Positions 9,130 to 18,763 of a stretch of 64,000 nt of DNA are shown here, in pieces. The DNA is from Patescibacteria group bacterium UBA924 (GTDB lineage Bacteria; Patescibacteriota; Microgenomatia; UBA1400; PJMF01), in assembly GCA_002293725.1 (NCBI GenBank), contig DBDU01000023.1, positions 2,700 to 66,699 of the forward strand, written 5' to 3'. The notes beneath the pieces were generated by a model, which saw nothing but the letters and a program-made list of their open reading frames with translations, was not told the DNA's origin and did no database searches. Each line of letters opens with the position of its first letter. The stretch's first letter is position 1. The position numbers and the translations under genes were made by a program.

Positions 9130-11124
9130 CTATACGTCCAAGTTCGCTAACTTGGCGTGTGATTGGATAAACTTCTTGCGTGGTGGAACGTCGTCACCCA
9201 TTAGGGTTTCGAAAGTGCGATCGGCTTTAGAGGCGTCGTCGATTGTCACTTTTTTCAACATTCTTGACTCAGGATTCATGGTTGTATCCCAAAGCTGCTC
9301 TGGATTCATCTCACCAAGACCTTTAAAGCGCTGGATGACTGGCTGCGCGTTAGGGAACTTGACTTGGATCTCTTTGACGCGGTCGTCTCGCTCTTGGTCT
9401 GAGTAAACGTAATAGCTTTCTTTACCGTAGGCCACTTTGAACAGTGGTGGCATAGCAATGTACAAGTAACCTTGTTTAATTACCTCTGGTAGGTGGCGGT
9501 AAAAGAACGTTAAGCCTAACGTAGTAATATGTTCGCCGTCGACGTCAGCATCGTTCATTAAGATCACGCGGTGATAGCGAAGTTTTTCAGGCTTGAACGT
9601 CTCGCCAATACCAGCCCCTAAAGCAATGACTAAGTTTTTCAGCTCTTCAAATGCCACGATCTTGTCCAGACGGGCCCGCTCAGTGTTTAAAATCTTGCCA
9701 CGTAATGGATAAACTGCTTGGAAGCGACGATCTCTGCCTTGTTTGACAGTTCCACCTGCTGAGTCACCCTCAACAATGTAGATCTCTGACTCGGCGGCTT
9801 CTTTGCTCTGACAGTCAGCCAGTTTTCCTGGCAAAGTTGAACCTTCTAGAGCGCCTTTACGAATAACAGCATCTTTTGCGGCGCGGGCGGCCATCCGAGC
9901 TTTGGCAGCTAACATCACCTTCTCAATTAAGATCCGGCCAGCTTTAGGATTCTCTTCCAAGAACACTTCCAAGCTGTCTTTAAAGACTGAGTAAACGGCT
10001 GACTGGGCTTCGGAGTTGTTCAGTTTGCTCTTGGTCTGCGACTCAAACTGGATGTCGTTGGAAGGCATCTTGATGAAGACCACCGCAGTTAACCCTTCAC
10101 GCAAGTCTTCAGTGGTAAACAGCTCTTTTTCTTTAGCCAGATTGTTTTTCAACGCGTAATCTTTAAGGACTTTATTCAATGCCATGCGGAAACCGGTTAA
10201 ATGAGTTCCCCCATCCGGTGTCTTGATAACGTTGGCATAACTTTCTAATTTTTCTGAGTAGCTATCGTTGAACTGTAAAGCTACCTCTACACCAATCTTT
10301 TTCTTGGTGTTCTCGTCTTGCCAAGTACCATTACTATAAATAACTTCGTGCAGCGGTTTCTTGGTAATGTTGAGGTGCTCCACTAACGAACGGATACCAC
10401 CTTCAAAGTAGTAGTGTTGATCAACCTGAGCAATACTGTCGCTGAGTTGGAAGTACAAACCAGCCATTAAGTAGGCTCGGTCACGGATGATCTCAATCAG
10501 TGTGTTGTGATTAAAGGTACACGTAGAAAAGAGTGATTTATCTGGAATGAAGTGAACAAGTGTTCCAGTCTGATATTTTACGAAATCTTTTGACTGAGTA
10601 GGAAATAGTGATTTTACTTCTGATTCTTTAATTTCCTTTACAGCATACTTTGGCTTGCCGATGCTGTACTCTTGGATGTAGTACTTTTTTTCTCGTTTAA
10701 CAATCACAGTCATGGAGATCGAGAGTGCATTCACCGCCGCAGCGCCGACACCATGTAGTCCACCAGATGCTTGGTAGGCGGTTTCTTCAAACTTACCACC
10801 AGCATGAAGTTTGGTCATGACTACTTCCAGCGCAGAAACGCCAGCTGTTGGGTGCATATCCACAGGAATACCACGGCCATTATCAACCACGGTAATTGCT
10901 CCCACGCCTGGTTCTTCCCCTTCCACCTGAGTGTGATAGAGCTGAATAACTTTACCGTAGCCGGCCAGCGCTTCGTCTACAGCGTTGTCTAAGATTTCTT
11001 TGGCTAAGTGATGCAACCCACGTGCGTCGGTTGAGCCAATATACATACCAGGTCGCTTACGAACTGGCTCTAATCCCTCGAGTACTTTGATTTCGGATGC
11101 TTTGTATTGTGTGGTGACTACCAT
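9130..11124 (-). CDS. gyrB: DNA gyrase subunit B (short, Gram-positive-like form, 664 aa).
   Basis: GHKL ATPase motifs (EILDNAVDEA, GLHGVGAAAVNALS), a Toprim domain (EGDSAGG, PLRGKILN) and a C-terminal DDAD..DGEHI. Confidence 0.95.
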   Translation of the reverse strand: MVVTTQYKASEIKVLEGLEPVRKRPGMYIGSTDARGLHHLAKEILDNAVDEALAGYGKVIQLYHTQVEGEEPGVGAITVVDNGRGIPVDMHPTAGVSALEVVMTKLHAGGKFEETAYQASGGLHGVGAAAVNALSISMTVIVKREKKYYIQEYSIGKPKYAVKEIKESEVKSLFPTQSKDFVKYQTGTLVHFIPDKSLFSTCTFNHNTLIEIIRDRAYLMAGLYFQLSDSIAQVDQHYYFEGGIRSLVEHLNITKKPLHEVIYSNGTWQDENTKKKIGVEVALQFNDSYSEKLESYANVIKTPDGGTHLTGFRMALNKVLKDYALKNNLAKEKELFTTEDLREGLTAVVFIKMPSNDIQFESQTKSKLNNSEAQSAVYSVFKDSLEVFLEENPKAGRILIEKVMLAAKARMAARAAKDAVIRKGALEGSTLPGKLADCQSKEAAESEIYIVEGDSAGGTVKQGRDRRFQAVYPLRGKILNTERARLDKIVAFEELKNLVIALGAGIGETFKPEKLRYHRVILMNDADVDGEHITTLGLTFFYRHLPEVIKQGYLYIAMPPLFKVAYGKESYYVYSDQERDDRVKEIQVKFPNAQPVIQRFKGLGEMNPEQLWDTTMNPESRMLKKVTIDDASKADRTFETLMGDDVPPRKKFIQSHAKLANLDV

Positions 11125-11217
11125 AATCTTAGTGAGCCCCTATAAGGCGGTAAAATCGTCCTAAAAGTATATCAAATGACGATCAGTACCATTCAGAGCA
11201 CTCACTTATATCTCGTT

Positions 11218-11949
11218 TTAAGCATTTTGTCCAGAGAGTTCCCCATTACTAAATTGAAGCAAAAAGTCTTCAATGGCTAAGCGGGCATTGACGTTCTTTT
11301 CTAGCCGTTGAGTGGTAAGTAAGGCCTGTTTTAGCCAGGTAACCTGATGAGCTGTGGGTTGAGTTTGGAGAAGCTGGTGCAGCATAATTGTGATATCTCG
11401 CATTAACTTCAAGGCCTGGTCTCGTTCTTTATACTGTTCAGAAATCTTAAATATCTCGGTAAAAAGTAACTGTCTGGTTGGGTATTCTTTGATTACACTA
11501 GATATTTTTTGATCATGTTCTATTCCGTTCTGTTCAATCAAATTTTTATCAGCAAGTAAAGAAATAATCTGGCTACGTGACTGGACTGTCTCTAAAATTA
11601 ATGGCAATCGATGCGTAGTGAGAAGAATCTGAACATGTGCTGGGGGTTCTTCTAACAGTTTAAGAAGTGAGTTTTGAGCTGGAATAGATGCACTATCCAA
11701 GTTAAAAAGCACAATTAAGCGTCGGTCATGTTGTAGAGGTGCTTGGAGTACTTCTACCTGTAGCTGGCGAACGCGTTCTATAGGCAAGGGTGTAATCGTG
11801 TTCTCGCTGACGTCTCCGTTTACTAACGTTAGATCAGCTGAAGAAAAAAGCGGACGCAAGCGTAAGTCAACTTCATTCTGCAGCCACTCTAACTGCTGTT
11901 GCAGATCAAGTGCCGAGGGAAAAACGTAGAGTTGGGTAAACAGAGCCAT
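11218..11949 (-). CDS. holB: DNA polymerase III delta-prime subunit-like (HolB), a short form lacking an N-terminal P-loop.
   Basis: LLKLLEEPP and TVQSRSQ (SRC-motif region) with a C-terminal helical domain. Only 243 aa. No GxxGxGK. Confidence 0.65.
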   Translation of the reverse strand: MALFTQLYVFPSALDLQQQLEWLQNEVDLRLRPLFSSADLTLVNGDVSENTITPLPIERVRQLQVEVLQAPLQHDRRLIVLFNLDSASIPAQNSLLKLLEEPPAHVQILLTTHRLPLILETVQSRSQIISLLADKNLIEQNGIEHDQKISSVIKEYPTRQLLFTEIFKISEQYKERDQALKLMRDITIMLHQLLQTQPTAHQVTWLKQALLTTQRLEKNVNARLAIEDFLLQFSNGELSGQNA

Positions 11950-12031
11950 ATGTGACCATTATACGGCTGTAGAGCTGATCTGCAGGCTCGCAACTTCCCT
12001 TGCATCTCGACTGCCACTGTGTCACCATTAA

Positions 12032-14119
12032 GTGGCTTGCCCTATGTCTGATCAATCGACGTTGCCCACTAGTACTGATTCGGCAAAACCACTTGCCGTT
12101 CCTCAAGCAGCTCCTCCCAAAATTGAGCATGTTGGTGATGCTGAAGCGACCGAAGTAAGTGGTGACTCCGCTACTCCTTCTTCTTCTCCTCCAGTGATCA
12201 ACGTGGATACTTCAGCCGATTTACAAAGCGTGGCCGCTAACCTAGCCGAGAGTGCAACTGGCCAACCTGCTGCTCCGCTTCCGCCAACTGATTCTTCCGT
12301 ACCCACTCCTCCTTCTCCCTCTGTTCCTGAACCCACTTCTACGCCTCCTGGCATGGGAGCTGCTGCGTTGTCAGGAGTGCCAAGCTCTTCGGGCGCTACG
12401 TTGGTGGCGACACTGATTCAAAAGGGATACATCACAAACGAACAGTATCAAGATTTGCTCATTGAACAAGCAAGTTCAGGGAAAAGTATCGAAACATTAA
12501 TCGAAGAGAAGCAGTTGGTCAAAGAGTCAGACATGACGAAGGCCAAGGCGGCTTTCTACAACTTGCCATTTATTAACCTTGCTGAAACGGGCGCCTCACC
12601 TGAGGCCATTAGCCAAATACCTGAAAGCGTAGCGCGGCGTTACCAAATCTTGCCGTTCGCAATTGATAAAGAACATCAACAGCTGTCAGTGGTAATGAAG
12701 AACCCACTGGATCTTTCAGCTATTGATTTTGTGGAGAAGAAAACTGGGTACAAGCTCCTTCCCCACTTTGCTTCACCAAGTGAAATTGAGCGGATGATTG
12801 CGGAACGGTATGCCCAGAGCTTATCCAGTGAAGTGAATGCTGCCTTAAAAGAAACTAGCCAGTCTGCAGCCCCAGTCCGTGAGAGCGCTAACGCCGTCTT
12901 CTCTCGGGAAGTAGTCCGAGAAGCACCTATTACCAAAATTGTCGAAACAATCTTGGGTTTTGCGGTCAAGTCACGCGCCTCTGACGTCCATATTGAGCCT
13001 CAAGAAGACCGAACTCGGGTGCGTTATCGTATCGACGGTATTTTGACTGAGCGCTTGATTTTGCCTCGAACGGTACATGAAGCAGTCATCTCACGTATCA
13101 AGATTCTGTCTGACATGAAGATTGACGAGAAACGTGTTCCGCAAGATGGTCGTTTTACCTTTATGGCTGAAGGCCAAGAAGTCGACTTGCGTGTTTCGAG
13201 TTTGCCAACTGCCTTTGGTGAGAAGATCGTGATGCGTTTACTAAAGAAGAACGCGACGGTCCCTACGTTGGGTGAGTTAGGACTTTCCGATCGAGCGCTG
13301 AAAACAGTAGAGACAGCTATCAAGATTCCACACGGAATTGTGTTGGTTACTGGTCCGACGGGCTCTGGAAAAACCACTACGCTCTACTCGATCTTACACA
13401 AAGTTAACACGCCAAAAGTAAACATCGTTACTTTGGAAGATCCTATCGAGTATCAGATGCAGGGTGTTAACCAAGTACAGATCAACCCACAGGTAGGATT
13501 AACGTTTGCTTCTGGGTTGCGCTCCTTGCTGCGGCAAGACCCCAACATCATCATGGTCGGAGAAATTCGTGACACTGAGACAGCAGCATTGGCTGTGCAA
13601 GCATCACTGACAGGTCACTTAGTCTTCTCTACTTTACATACCAACTCGGCAGCCGGTGCTCTCCCTCGTTTGTTAGACATGGAAGTCGAGCCATTCCTGC
13701 TTGCTTCGAGTTTGACTTTAGTGATCGGTCAGCGTGTGTTGCGTAAGATCAACCAAGAGTATCGTGAGGAGTACACTCCGGAGCCCAGCGTTGCTGAAGA
13801 TATTAAGCAAGTACTGGGACCACTCTATAAACAGTGGTGTGTGCAGAACAACAAAGATCCCGACAAAATGGTGCTCTATCGAGCAACGCAAAATCGTCCA
13901 GAGAACCAACCAGAGTACTTAGGTCGTATCGCTATTTTTGAGGTGTTACCAGTTACCGAAGAAATCAGTAGAATGATTCTAGAGCGAAAGTCTGCGAAAG
14001 AGATTGAAGATATATCGATTCAAAAAAATGGCATGTTGTTAATGAAACAAGATGGATATATCAAGGTTTTAGAAGGTATTACCACAATCGAGGAAGTGCT
14101 CCGTGTGGCCGAGGTCTAA
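12032..14119 (+). CDS. pilB: Type IV pilus assembly ATPase PilB/GspE family, with an N-terminal Pro/Ser/Thr-rich disordered extension of about 110 aa.
   Basis: GSPII_E N-domain, Walker A LVTGPTGSGKTTTLYS, Asp box and Walker B of secretion ATPases. GTG at 12032. Alternative starts at ATG 12044 or Met108 (12353). Confidence 0.9.
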   Translation: MACPMSDQSTLPTSTDSAKPLAVPQAAPPKIEHVGDAEATEVSGDSATPSSSPPVINVDTSADLQSVAANLAESATGQPAAPLPPTDSSVPTPPSPSVPEPTSTPPGMGAAALSGVPSSSGATLVATLIQKGYITNEQYQDLLIEQASSGKSIETLIEEKQLVKESDMTKAKAAFYNLPFINLAETGASPEAISQIPESVARRYQILPFAIDKEHQQLSVVMKNPLDLSAIDFVEKKTGYKLLPHFASPSEIERMIAERYAQSLSSEVNAALKETSQSAAPVRESANAVFSREVVREAPITKIVETILGFAVKSRASDVHIEPQEDRTRVRYRIDGILTERLILPRTVHEAVISRIKILSDMKIDEKRVPQDGRFTFMAEGQEVDLRVSSLPTAFGEKIVMRLLKKNATVPTLGELGLSDRALKTVETAIKIPHGIVLVTGPTGSGKTTTLYSILHKVNTPKVNIVTLEDPIEYQMQGVNQVQINPQVGLTFASGLRSLLRQDPNIIMVGEIRDTETAALAVQASLTGHLVFSTLHTNSAAGALPRLLDMEVEPFLLASSLTLVIGQRVLRKINQEYREEYTPEPSVAEDIKQVLGPLYKQWCVQNNKDPDKMVLYRATQNRPENQPEYLGRIAIFEVLPVTEEISRMILERKSAKEIEDISIQKNGMLLMKQDGYIKVLEGITTIEEVLRVAEV

Positions 14120-14122
14120 GAT

Positions 14123-15199
14123 ATGAACATACATGACATGTTGCAGATGCTGATCGACCGCAATGGTTCAGACCTTCACATTGTGGTGGGCTCGCCACCA
14201 ATGCTGCGAGTAGATGGTGCCTTAATGCCAATTGATGGTGCGCCTATCTTAAAGCGTGAGCACGCTGAGCTGTTGGTCTTCCCCATCATGTCCCAGGAAC
14301 AGAAAGACTATGTCACCGTCAACAAAGAAGTTGACTTTGGCTATCAGTTTAAAGATTTGGGACGTTTCCGGGTCAACGTTTACTTCCAACAAAACTCAAT
14401 CTCCGCCGCTTTACGTTTGATTCCAACCAAAATTCGCACCCTCGACGAGCTGCAACTTCCTTCGATCTTGCATAACTTTACTCAGCTGCGTCAGGGCTTA
14501 GTCTTATTGACCGGGCCAACTGGTGAAGGAAAGTCCACTACTTTAGCTGCCATGATTGAAGAAATTAACTTGACTCGCTCAGATCATATTTTGACGATTG
14601 AAGATCCCATTGAGTTCGTGCACCAGCCTCAAAAGAGTGTCATTTCCCAGCGCGAGCTTCACCAAGATACCCATGGTTGGGAGATCGCTTTACGATCTGC
14701 TTTACGTGAAGATCCCGACGTGGTGTTGGTCGGTGAGATGCGTGACTACGAAACAATCGCGGCTGCCATTACCGTGGCTGAAACAGGTCACTTAGTTTTT
14801 GCCACCTTGCATACCAATAATGCAGCCCAAACAGTTGACCGTATCATTGACGTCTTCCCGGAGCATCAACAGGCCCAAGTCCGACAGCAAGTGGCTTCTT
14901 CTCTCCAGGCTGTTGTCTCTCAGCGCTTAGTGCCAATGAATGGTGGTGGCCGAGTGGCCGCAGTTGAAGTGATGGTGGCAACGGGTGCGATTCGCAACTT
15001 AATTCGTGAGGGAAAGACATTCCAAATTGATAACGTTATTCAAACTTCTTCTGAATCTGGGATGATGTTACTAGAGACGAGTTTGGCTGAGTGGGTTCAG
15101 CGTGGCGCACTCTCTTGGGAGCGGGCCCGTGAGTACGCACTTCGCCCTGAAGAGTTTGACCGCATTTCTGGCGGTAACAAAACTCAAGGAGCAGTGTAA
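14123..15199 (+). CDS. pilT: Type IV pilus retraction ATPase PilT.
   Basis: 358 aa. Walker A LLTGPTGEGKSTT, with PilT-type AIRNLIREGK and His-box motifs. Its stop overlaps the pilC start (TAATG). Confidence 0.9.
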   Translation: MNIHDMLQMLIDRNGSDLHIVVGSPPMLRVDGALMPIDGAPILKREHAELLVFPIMSQEQKDYVTVNKEVDFGYQFKDLGRFRVNVYFQQNSISAALRLIPTKIRTLDELQLPSILHNFTQLRQGLVLLTGPTGEGKSTTLAAMIEEINLTRSDHILTIEDPIEFVHQPQKSVISQRELHQDTHGWEIALRSALREDPDVVLVGEMRDYETIAAAITVAETGHLVFATLHTNNAAQTVDRIIDVFPEHQQAQVRQQVASSLQAVVSQRLVPMNGGGRVAAVEVMVATGAIRNLIREGKTFQIDNVIQTSSESGMMLLETSLAEWVQRGALSWERAREYALRPEEFDRISGGNKTQGAV

Positions 15200-16401
15200 T
15201 GGCAATCTTTCAGTACACAGTGAAGAACGAGCATGGCGAGACCATTCGTGGCCGTGTGGAAGCTCAGACCAAAGAGCAAGCGTCAGGCATTTTACGGAAT
15301 CGTTCTTTATTGGTCATTTCGTTAAAGCCCCAAAGCGAGACTCCTTTTAGCTCCATTAACTCGTTGTTATTTGGAATCAAAAATGACGAAGTGGTGGGTT
15401 TTACTCGTCAGCTTTCTACCATGGTTACTGCTGGACTGACGCTGTCCGAGTCGCTCCATATCTTGCAGCAACAGAGTAAGCCAGCGATGGAACGAATGAT
15501 TGGTTCACTGTTGCGAGAGATTGAAGGTGGATCTACCTTCGCTAAGGCGTTGCAAAGTCAAGGAAAAGTCTTCTCGCCTGTGTACATTCAGTTGGTTAGA
15601 GCGGGTGAGACAGCCGGTATGTTGGATACGGTCTTGCTGCGTTTAGCAGACACGATGGAGAAACAGCGCGAGTTTGCCGGAAAAGTACGTGGGGCATTGA
15701 TCTATCCCATCATCGTTATCATTGCCATGATTATCGTGGCATTTGTGATGATGGTGTTTGTGATTCCAAAGTTAACGCAAATGTACAAAGAGTTAGGGGC
15801 TCAGCTGCCGTTAATTACTCAACTACTGATCGATGTCTCAGACTTTATGGCGGCCTATTGGTGGCTAATTGTAATTATGGTCATTATTGGCGGCTTTGCC
15901 TTTCGTGCTTGGCATGCCACCGAAAAGGGTCGGCGGTCCTTCGATCGTTTCCTCTTGAAAGTGCCCGTTCTGGGTTTGCTACGTCAAAAAGTTATCCTAA
16001 CCGAGTTCTGTCGAACGATGAGCTTACTGCTCAGCGCTGGTATCTCTGTCTTACAAGCACTGGAAATTCTGACCGACGCTCAAGACAACATGCTCTATCA
16101 CGATGCTTTGGCTGTAGCCACTGACCAAGTAGAAAAAGGTGTGCCACTGTCGCAAACGATTAGTAAGTACGACTTCTTCCCACCAATTGTTTCACAAATG
16201 ATTGGTGTGGGTGAGGAAACGGGAAAAGTTGATGAAGTGCTCTTGAAGCTATCAGTCTACTTTGAGTCCGAGAGTGAGCAAGAAGTTCGCAACCTAACGT
16301 CAGCCTTCGAGCCAATGATTATGATCATTCTTGGTTTGGGTGTGGGTGTGTTGGTAATTGCGATCATCATGCCAATTTACAATATCACCAGTAACTTCTA
16401 A
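15199..16401 (+). CDS. pilC: Type IV pilus inner-membrane platform protein PilC/GspF.
   Basis: 400 aa. Two GspF repeats and three TM segments. Translationally coupled to pilT. Confidence 0.9.
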   Translation: MAIFQYTVKNEHGETIRGRVEAQTKEQASGILRNRSLLVISLKPQSETPFSSINSLLFGIKNDEVVGFTRQLSTMVTAGLTLSESLHILQQQSKPAMERMIGSLLREIEGGSTFAKALQSQGKVFSPVYIQLVRAGETAGMLDTVLLRLADTMEKQREFAGKVRGALIYPIIVIIAMIIVAFVMMVFVIPKLTQMYKELGAQLPLITQLLIDVSDFMAAYWWLIVIMVIIGGFAFRAWHATEKGRRSFDRFLLKVPVLGLLRQKVILTEFCRTMSLLLSAGISVLQALEILTDAQDNMLYHDALAVATDQVEKGVPLSQTISKYDFFPPIVSQMIGVGEETGKVDEVLLKLSVYFESESEQEVRNLTSAFEPMIMIILGLGVGVLVIAIIMPIYNITSNF

Positions 16402-16410
16402 GCTAAGCAG

Positions 16411-17229
16411 GTGATATCACCAGCATTTCTTTTGTTCAGCATAGCGCTGTTTTGGTTGGGTGCTGCCATTGGCAGTTTTTTAAACGTGGTGATTTATCGA
16501 ACTGTTCACGGCGAGTCTTGGGTCAAAGGACGCTCTAAGTGTGAGAGCTGCTTGAAACAGTTAAAGTGGTACGACAACATTCCTCTTCTTTCCTACTTCA
16601 TGATTCGCGGCAAGTGCCGGTACTGCAAAACACAGCTGTCACTCTCTCACCCAGTGATTGAGTTGATGACAGGGACTTTATTTGTCTGGTGGTTCTGGAT
16701 GGGCTCAATCTTCTTCCGTTTAACGTTGCATCCGTTCAGTGTGATTCAGCCAATGTTTTGGTTATTGGTAGGATTGTGCCTGTTGGTCGTCTTTTTTGCT
16801 GATTTGCGGTACATGATTATCCCTGATGAAGCAATTGTTACCTTAACCTTTATCACCCTCCTCTATCGGATTACCTTAACCTTGGCTGGAGTAATGCAGC
16901 CTATCGACTTCGTACGAACTATTTTAGGGACCTTAATCATAACCAGTTTCTTTTTCTTACTCTGGAAGCTCACGAATGGGAAAGGATTTGGATTCGGTGA
17001 TGTCAAGTTTGCTATACCGTTTGGACTGCTTCTCGGCTGGCCAAATGTCTTTATTGGAACTTTCTTAGCGTTTGTCTTCGGCGCTATTGTCGGAGTTGGT
17101 TTGTTACTGGGAAAGAAGAAGTCTTTTGGCCAGGCACTTCCGTTTGGACCTTTCCTGGTTATAAGCACAGTTGTTACACTAGTATGTGGAAACTATATTT
17201 GGCAGTGGTACGCTCAGTTTTTATACTAG
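16411..17229 (+). CDS. pilD: Prepilin peptidase (A24 family) with an N-terminal Zn-finger (CxxC...CxxC).
   Basis: CESC...CRYCK tetracysteine motif, multi-TM, conserved Asp residues (GFGDVK). GTG start. Confidence 0.9.
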   Translation: MISPAFLLFSIALFWLGAAIGSFLNVVIYRTVHGESWVKGRSKCESCLKQLKWYDNIPLLSYFMIRGKCRYCKTQLSLSHPVIELMTGTLFVWWFWMGSIFFRLTLHPFSVIQPMFWLLVGLCLLVVFFADLRYMIIPDEAIVTLTFITLLYRITLTLAGVMQPIDFVRTILGTLIITSFFFLLWKLTNGKGFGFGDVKFAIPFGLLLGWPNVFIGTFLAFVFGAIVGVGLLLGKKKSFGQALPFGPFLVISTVVTLVCGNYIWQWYAQFLY

Positions 17230-17265
17230 GGACAAACGTACTCGCTACCTCTATCGCTCTGCCCT

Positions 17266-18177
17266 ATGCGTGTTATTAGCTTTCTGTTCACTTCTATTTT
17301 AATTCTGGCCATAGTCGGCGGTGGCGCTGCTCTCTTGGCTCGAGAACTGCTACTCCTCGCTGGTGCGTCTTCAATTCGGAGTTCCCTCAGCGTGCTGCAT
17401 CGACTCTCTCGAGATAACTTGCAGTATGCCCGCCAATGTCGTGAGCGCGGCGGAATTACTACTGATGTAGCGACAATTGGTGCACTGCAACTTCGTTTCT
17501 TAAACAATCGTGAGTATGTGTTGGAAGTTGTCTGTAATCAATTTCAATCTGATCCAATCTTAATTGAGAAGTACTCTTTGCCTCTTCTTGTGATAAAAAA
17601 TGCTGGAAGCAGCGGCATTATTTGGGGAAACGATCGGAGTGCAGTTGAGATTGAGGTGTTTGGTCGTAAGCAAGTTGTGGGAGTTGAGAATGAAGAGATC
17701 GAAAACTTTGCAGCCGGAAGTGTAAACCTCGGCCTCACTCCCATTTCTACGTGTTCCGGGTATGGCTTCCAATGTTGTCAGCAAGAAACTGAAAGTGGTG
17801 TTGGGCAGCCTTTTTCAGGTGTAAACGACTGTCCAAAAACTTGTTTTAGTAGCTGTCAGCCGCGGCCCATCTTTTTATCGCTGAACACAGATCCTTTCTT
17901 TGACGAGATTACGCGTACTGTGACGGTCACTCCGGGAGAGCCGGTTACCTTTAGTTATGTGGCTTCTTATGAGCCGAAAGAACCAGTTACAGTCACAATG
18001 GACTTTGGCGATGGACAGACGGAAACTTTTGCCACGTTAACTGGAAAGGCATCTCATCAGTATGTTTGCCCCAATGGTGGCTGTAGCTATACGGTAAAAA
18101 TGACCGCACGCGCTGCCAGTGGGATTGAAGCAGCCCTGACACCAATTATGCAATTAAAGGTGGAAATTTCCCGATAA
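17266..18177 (+). CDS. Membrane-anchored Cys-rich protein of unknown function inside the pilus operon.
   Basis: 303 aa. N-terminal TM segment, a central Cys cluster (CSGYGFQCCQQ...CPKTCFSSC) and a C-terminal beta-rich domain. Located between pilD and the major pilin gene. Confidence 0.5.
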   Translation: MRVISFLFTSILILAIVGGGAALLARELLLLAGASSIRSSLSVLHRLSRDNLQYARQCRERGGITTDVATIGALQLRFLNNREYVLEVVCNQFQSDPILIEKYSLPLLVIKNAGSSGIIWGNDRSAVEIEVFGRKQVVGVENEEIENFAAGSVNLGLTPISTCSGYGFQCCQQETESGVGQPFSGVNDCPKTCFSSCQPRPIFLSLNTDPFFDEITRTVTVTPGEPVTFSYVASYEPKEPVTVTMDFGDGQTETFATLTGKASHQYVCPNGGCSYTVKMTARAASGIEAALTPIMQLKVEISR

Positions 18178-18279
18178 AAGCAAGCTGGCCTTTACAACAT
18201 TTTTTATTGTGTCTACTATAGAGAAGTACAGTCTTTGTACATACCAAAAGACACATCATAACAACTAGGAGGACATGGT

Positions 18280-18705
18280 ATGCCCATCTCGTTAAAAAAA
18301 GCAGGTTTTACTCTGATTGAGTTAATGGTCGTCGTTGCGATCATTGGTATCTTAATGGCCGCTGGTATCTTGGCATTTAGTAATGCACAGCAAAACGCTC
18401 GTGACTCTCGCCGCCGTGCAGATATTGATGCTATCTCTAAAGCACTTGAGCAGTACTATGCCAATAACTCAAGCAGCTATCCAGCTACCGCTGGCGCTAT
18501 TAACTCCTACTTCCCAGCAGGAGTCTCTCCATCAGATCCACAAGGCGGAGCGTATGACATGAGTCTTTCTACTTCAGCCTACTGTGTCTGTGCTGAGTTG
18601 GAAAAAGCTGACCGTGGAAACGCAACTGCTGTAGGAACAGCTGGTGTATGTACCTATGGTACCGGTAGTGGCGCAGACTACTTCTGTGCTTCACAGCGCC
18701 AATAA
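18280..18705 (+). CDS. Type IVa major pilin (copy 1).
   Basis: Class III leader MPISLKKAG|FTLIELMVVVAIIG with Glu at +5. C-terminal D-region with four Cys (YCVCAELEK...GVCTYGTGSGADYFC). Confidence 0.85.
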   Translation: MPISLKKAGFTLIELMVVVAIIGILMAAGILAFSNAQQNARDSRRRADIDAISKALEQYYANNSSSYPATAGAINSYFPAGVSPSDPQGGAYDMSLSTSAYCVCAELEKADRGNATAVGTAGVCTYGTGSGADYFCASQRQ

Positions 18706-18721
18706 ATACAAAACAACATTT

Positions 18722-18747
18722 CCTGGCCTGGTGTGAACCAGGCTGGG
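18722..18747 (+). terminator. Stem-loop immediately 3' of the major pilin gene: an attenuating terminator or mRNA stabiliser.
   Basis: 11-bp stem CCTGGCCTGGT/ACCAGGCTGGG with two G:U pairs and a GTGA loop. The plus-strand side has no clean U-run. The minus-strand side is U-rich. 17 nt after the pilin stop. Confidence 0.35.
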
Positions 18748-18763
18748 AAAAGAAAAGACACCA

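Noticed and set aside
5807-11124. Numerous 60-120 aa ORFs antisense to or nested in gyrA and gyrB, and similar ones in the adhesin, SecA-like and PBP genes.
   Set aside because: They lie on the opposite strand or are nested inside long conserved genes. No signals. Typical shadow ORFs.
12103-12354. Minus-strand ORF with a Gly/Glu-rich low-complexity product opposite the pilB N-terminus.
   Set aside because: It is the mirror image of the Pro/Ser-rich coding repeat in pilB, a reverse-complement artefact.
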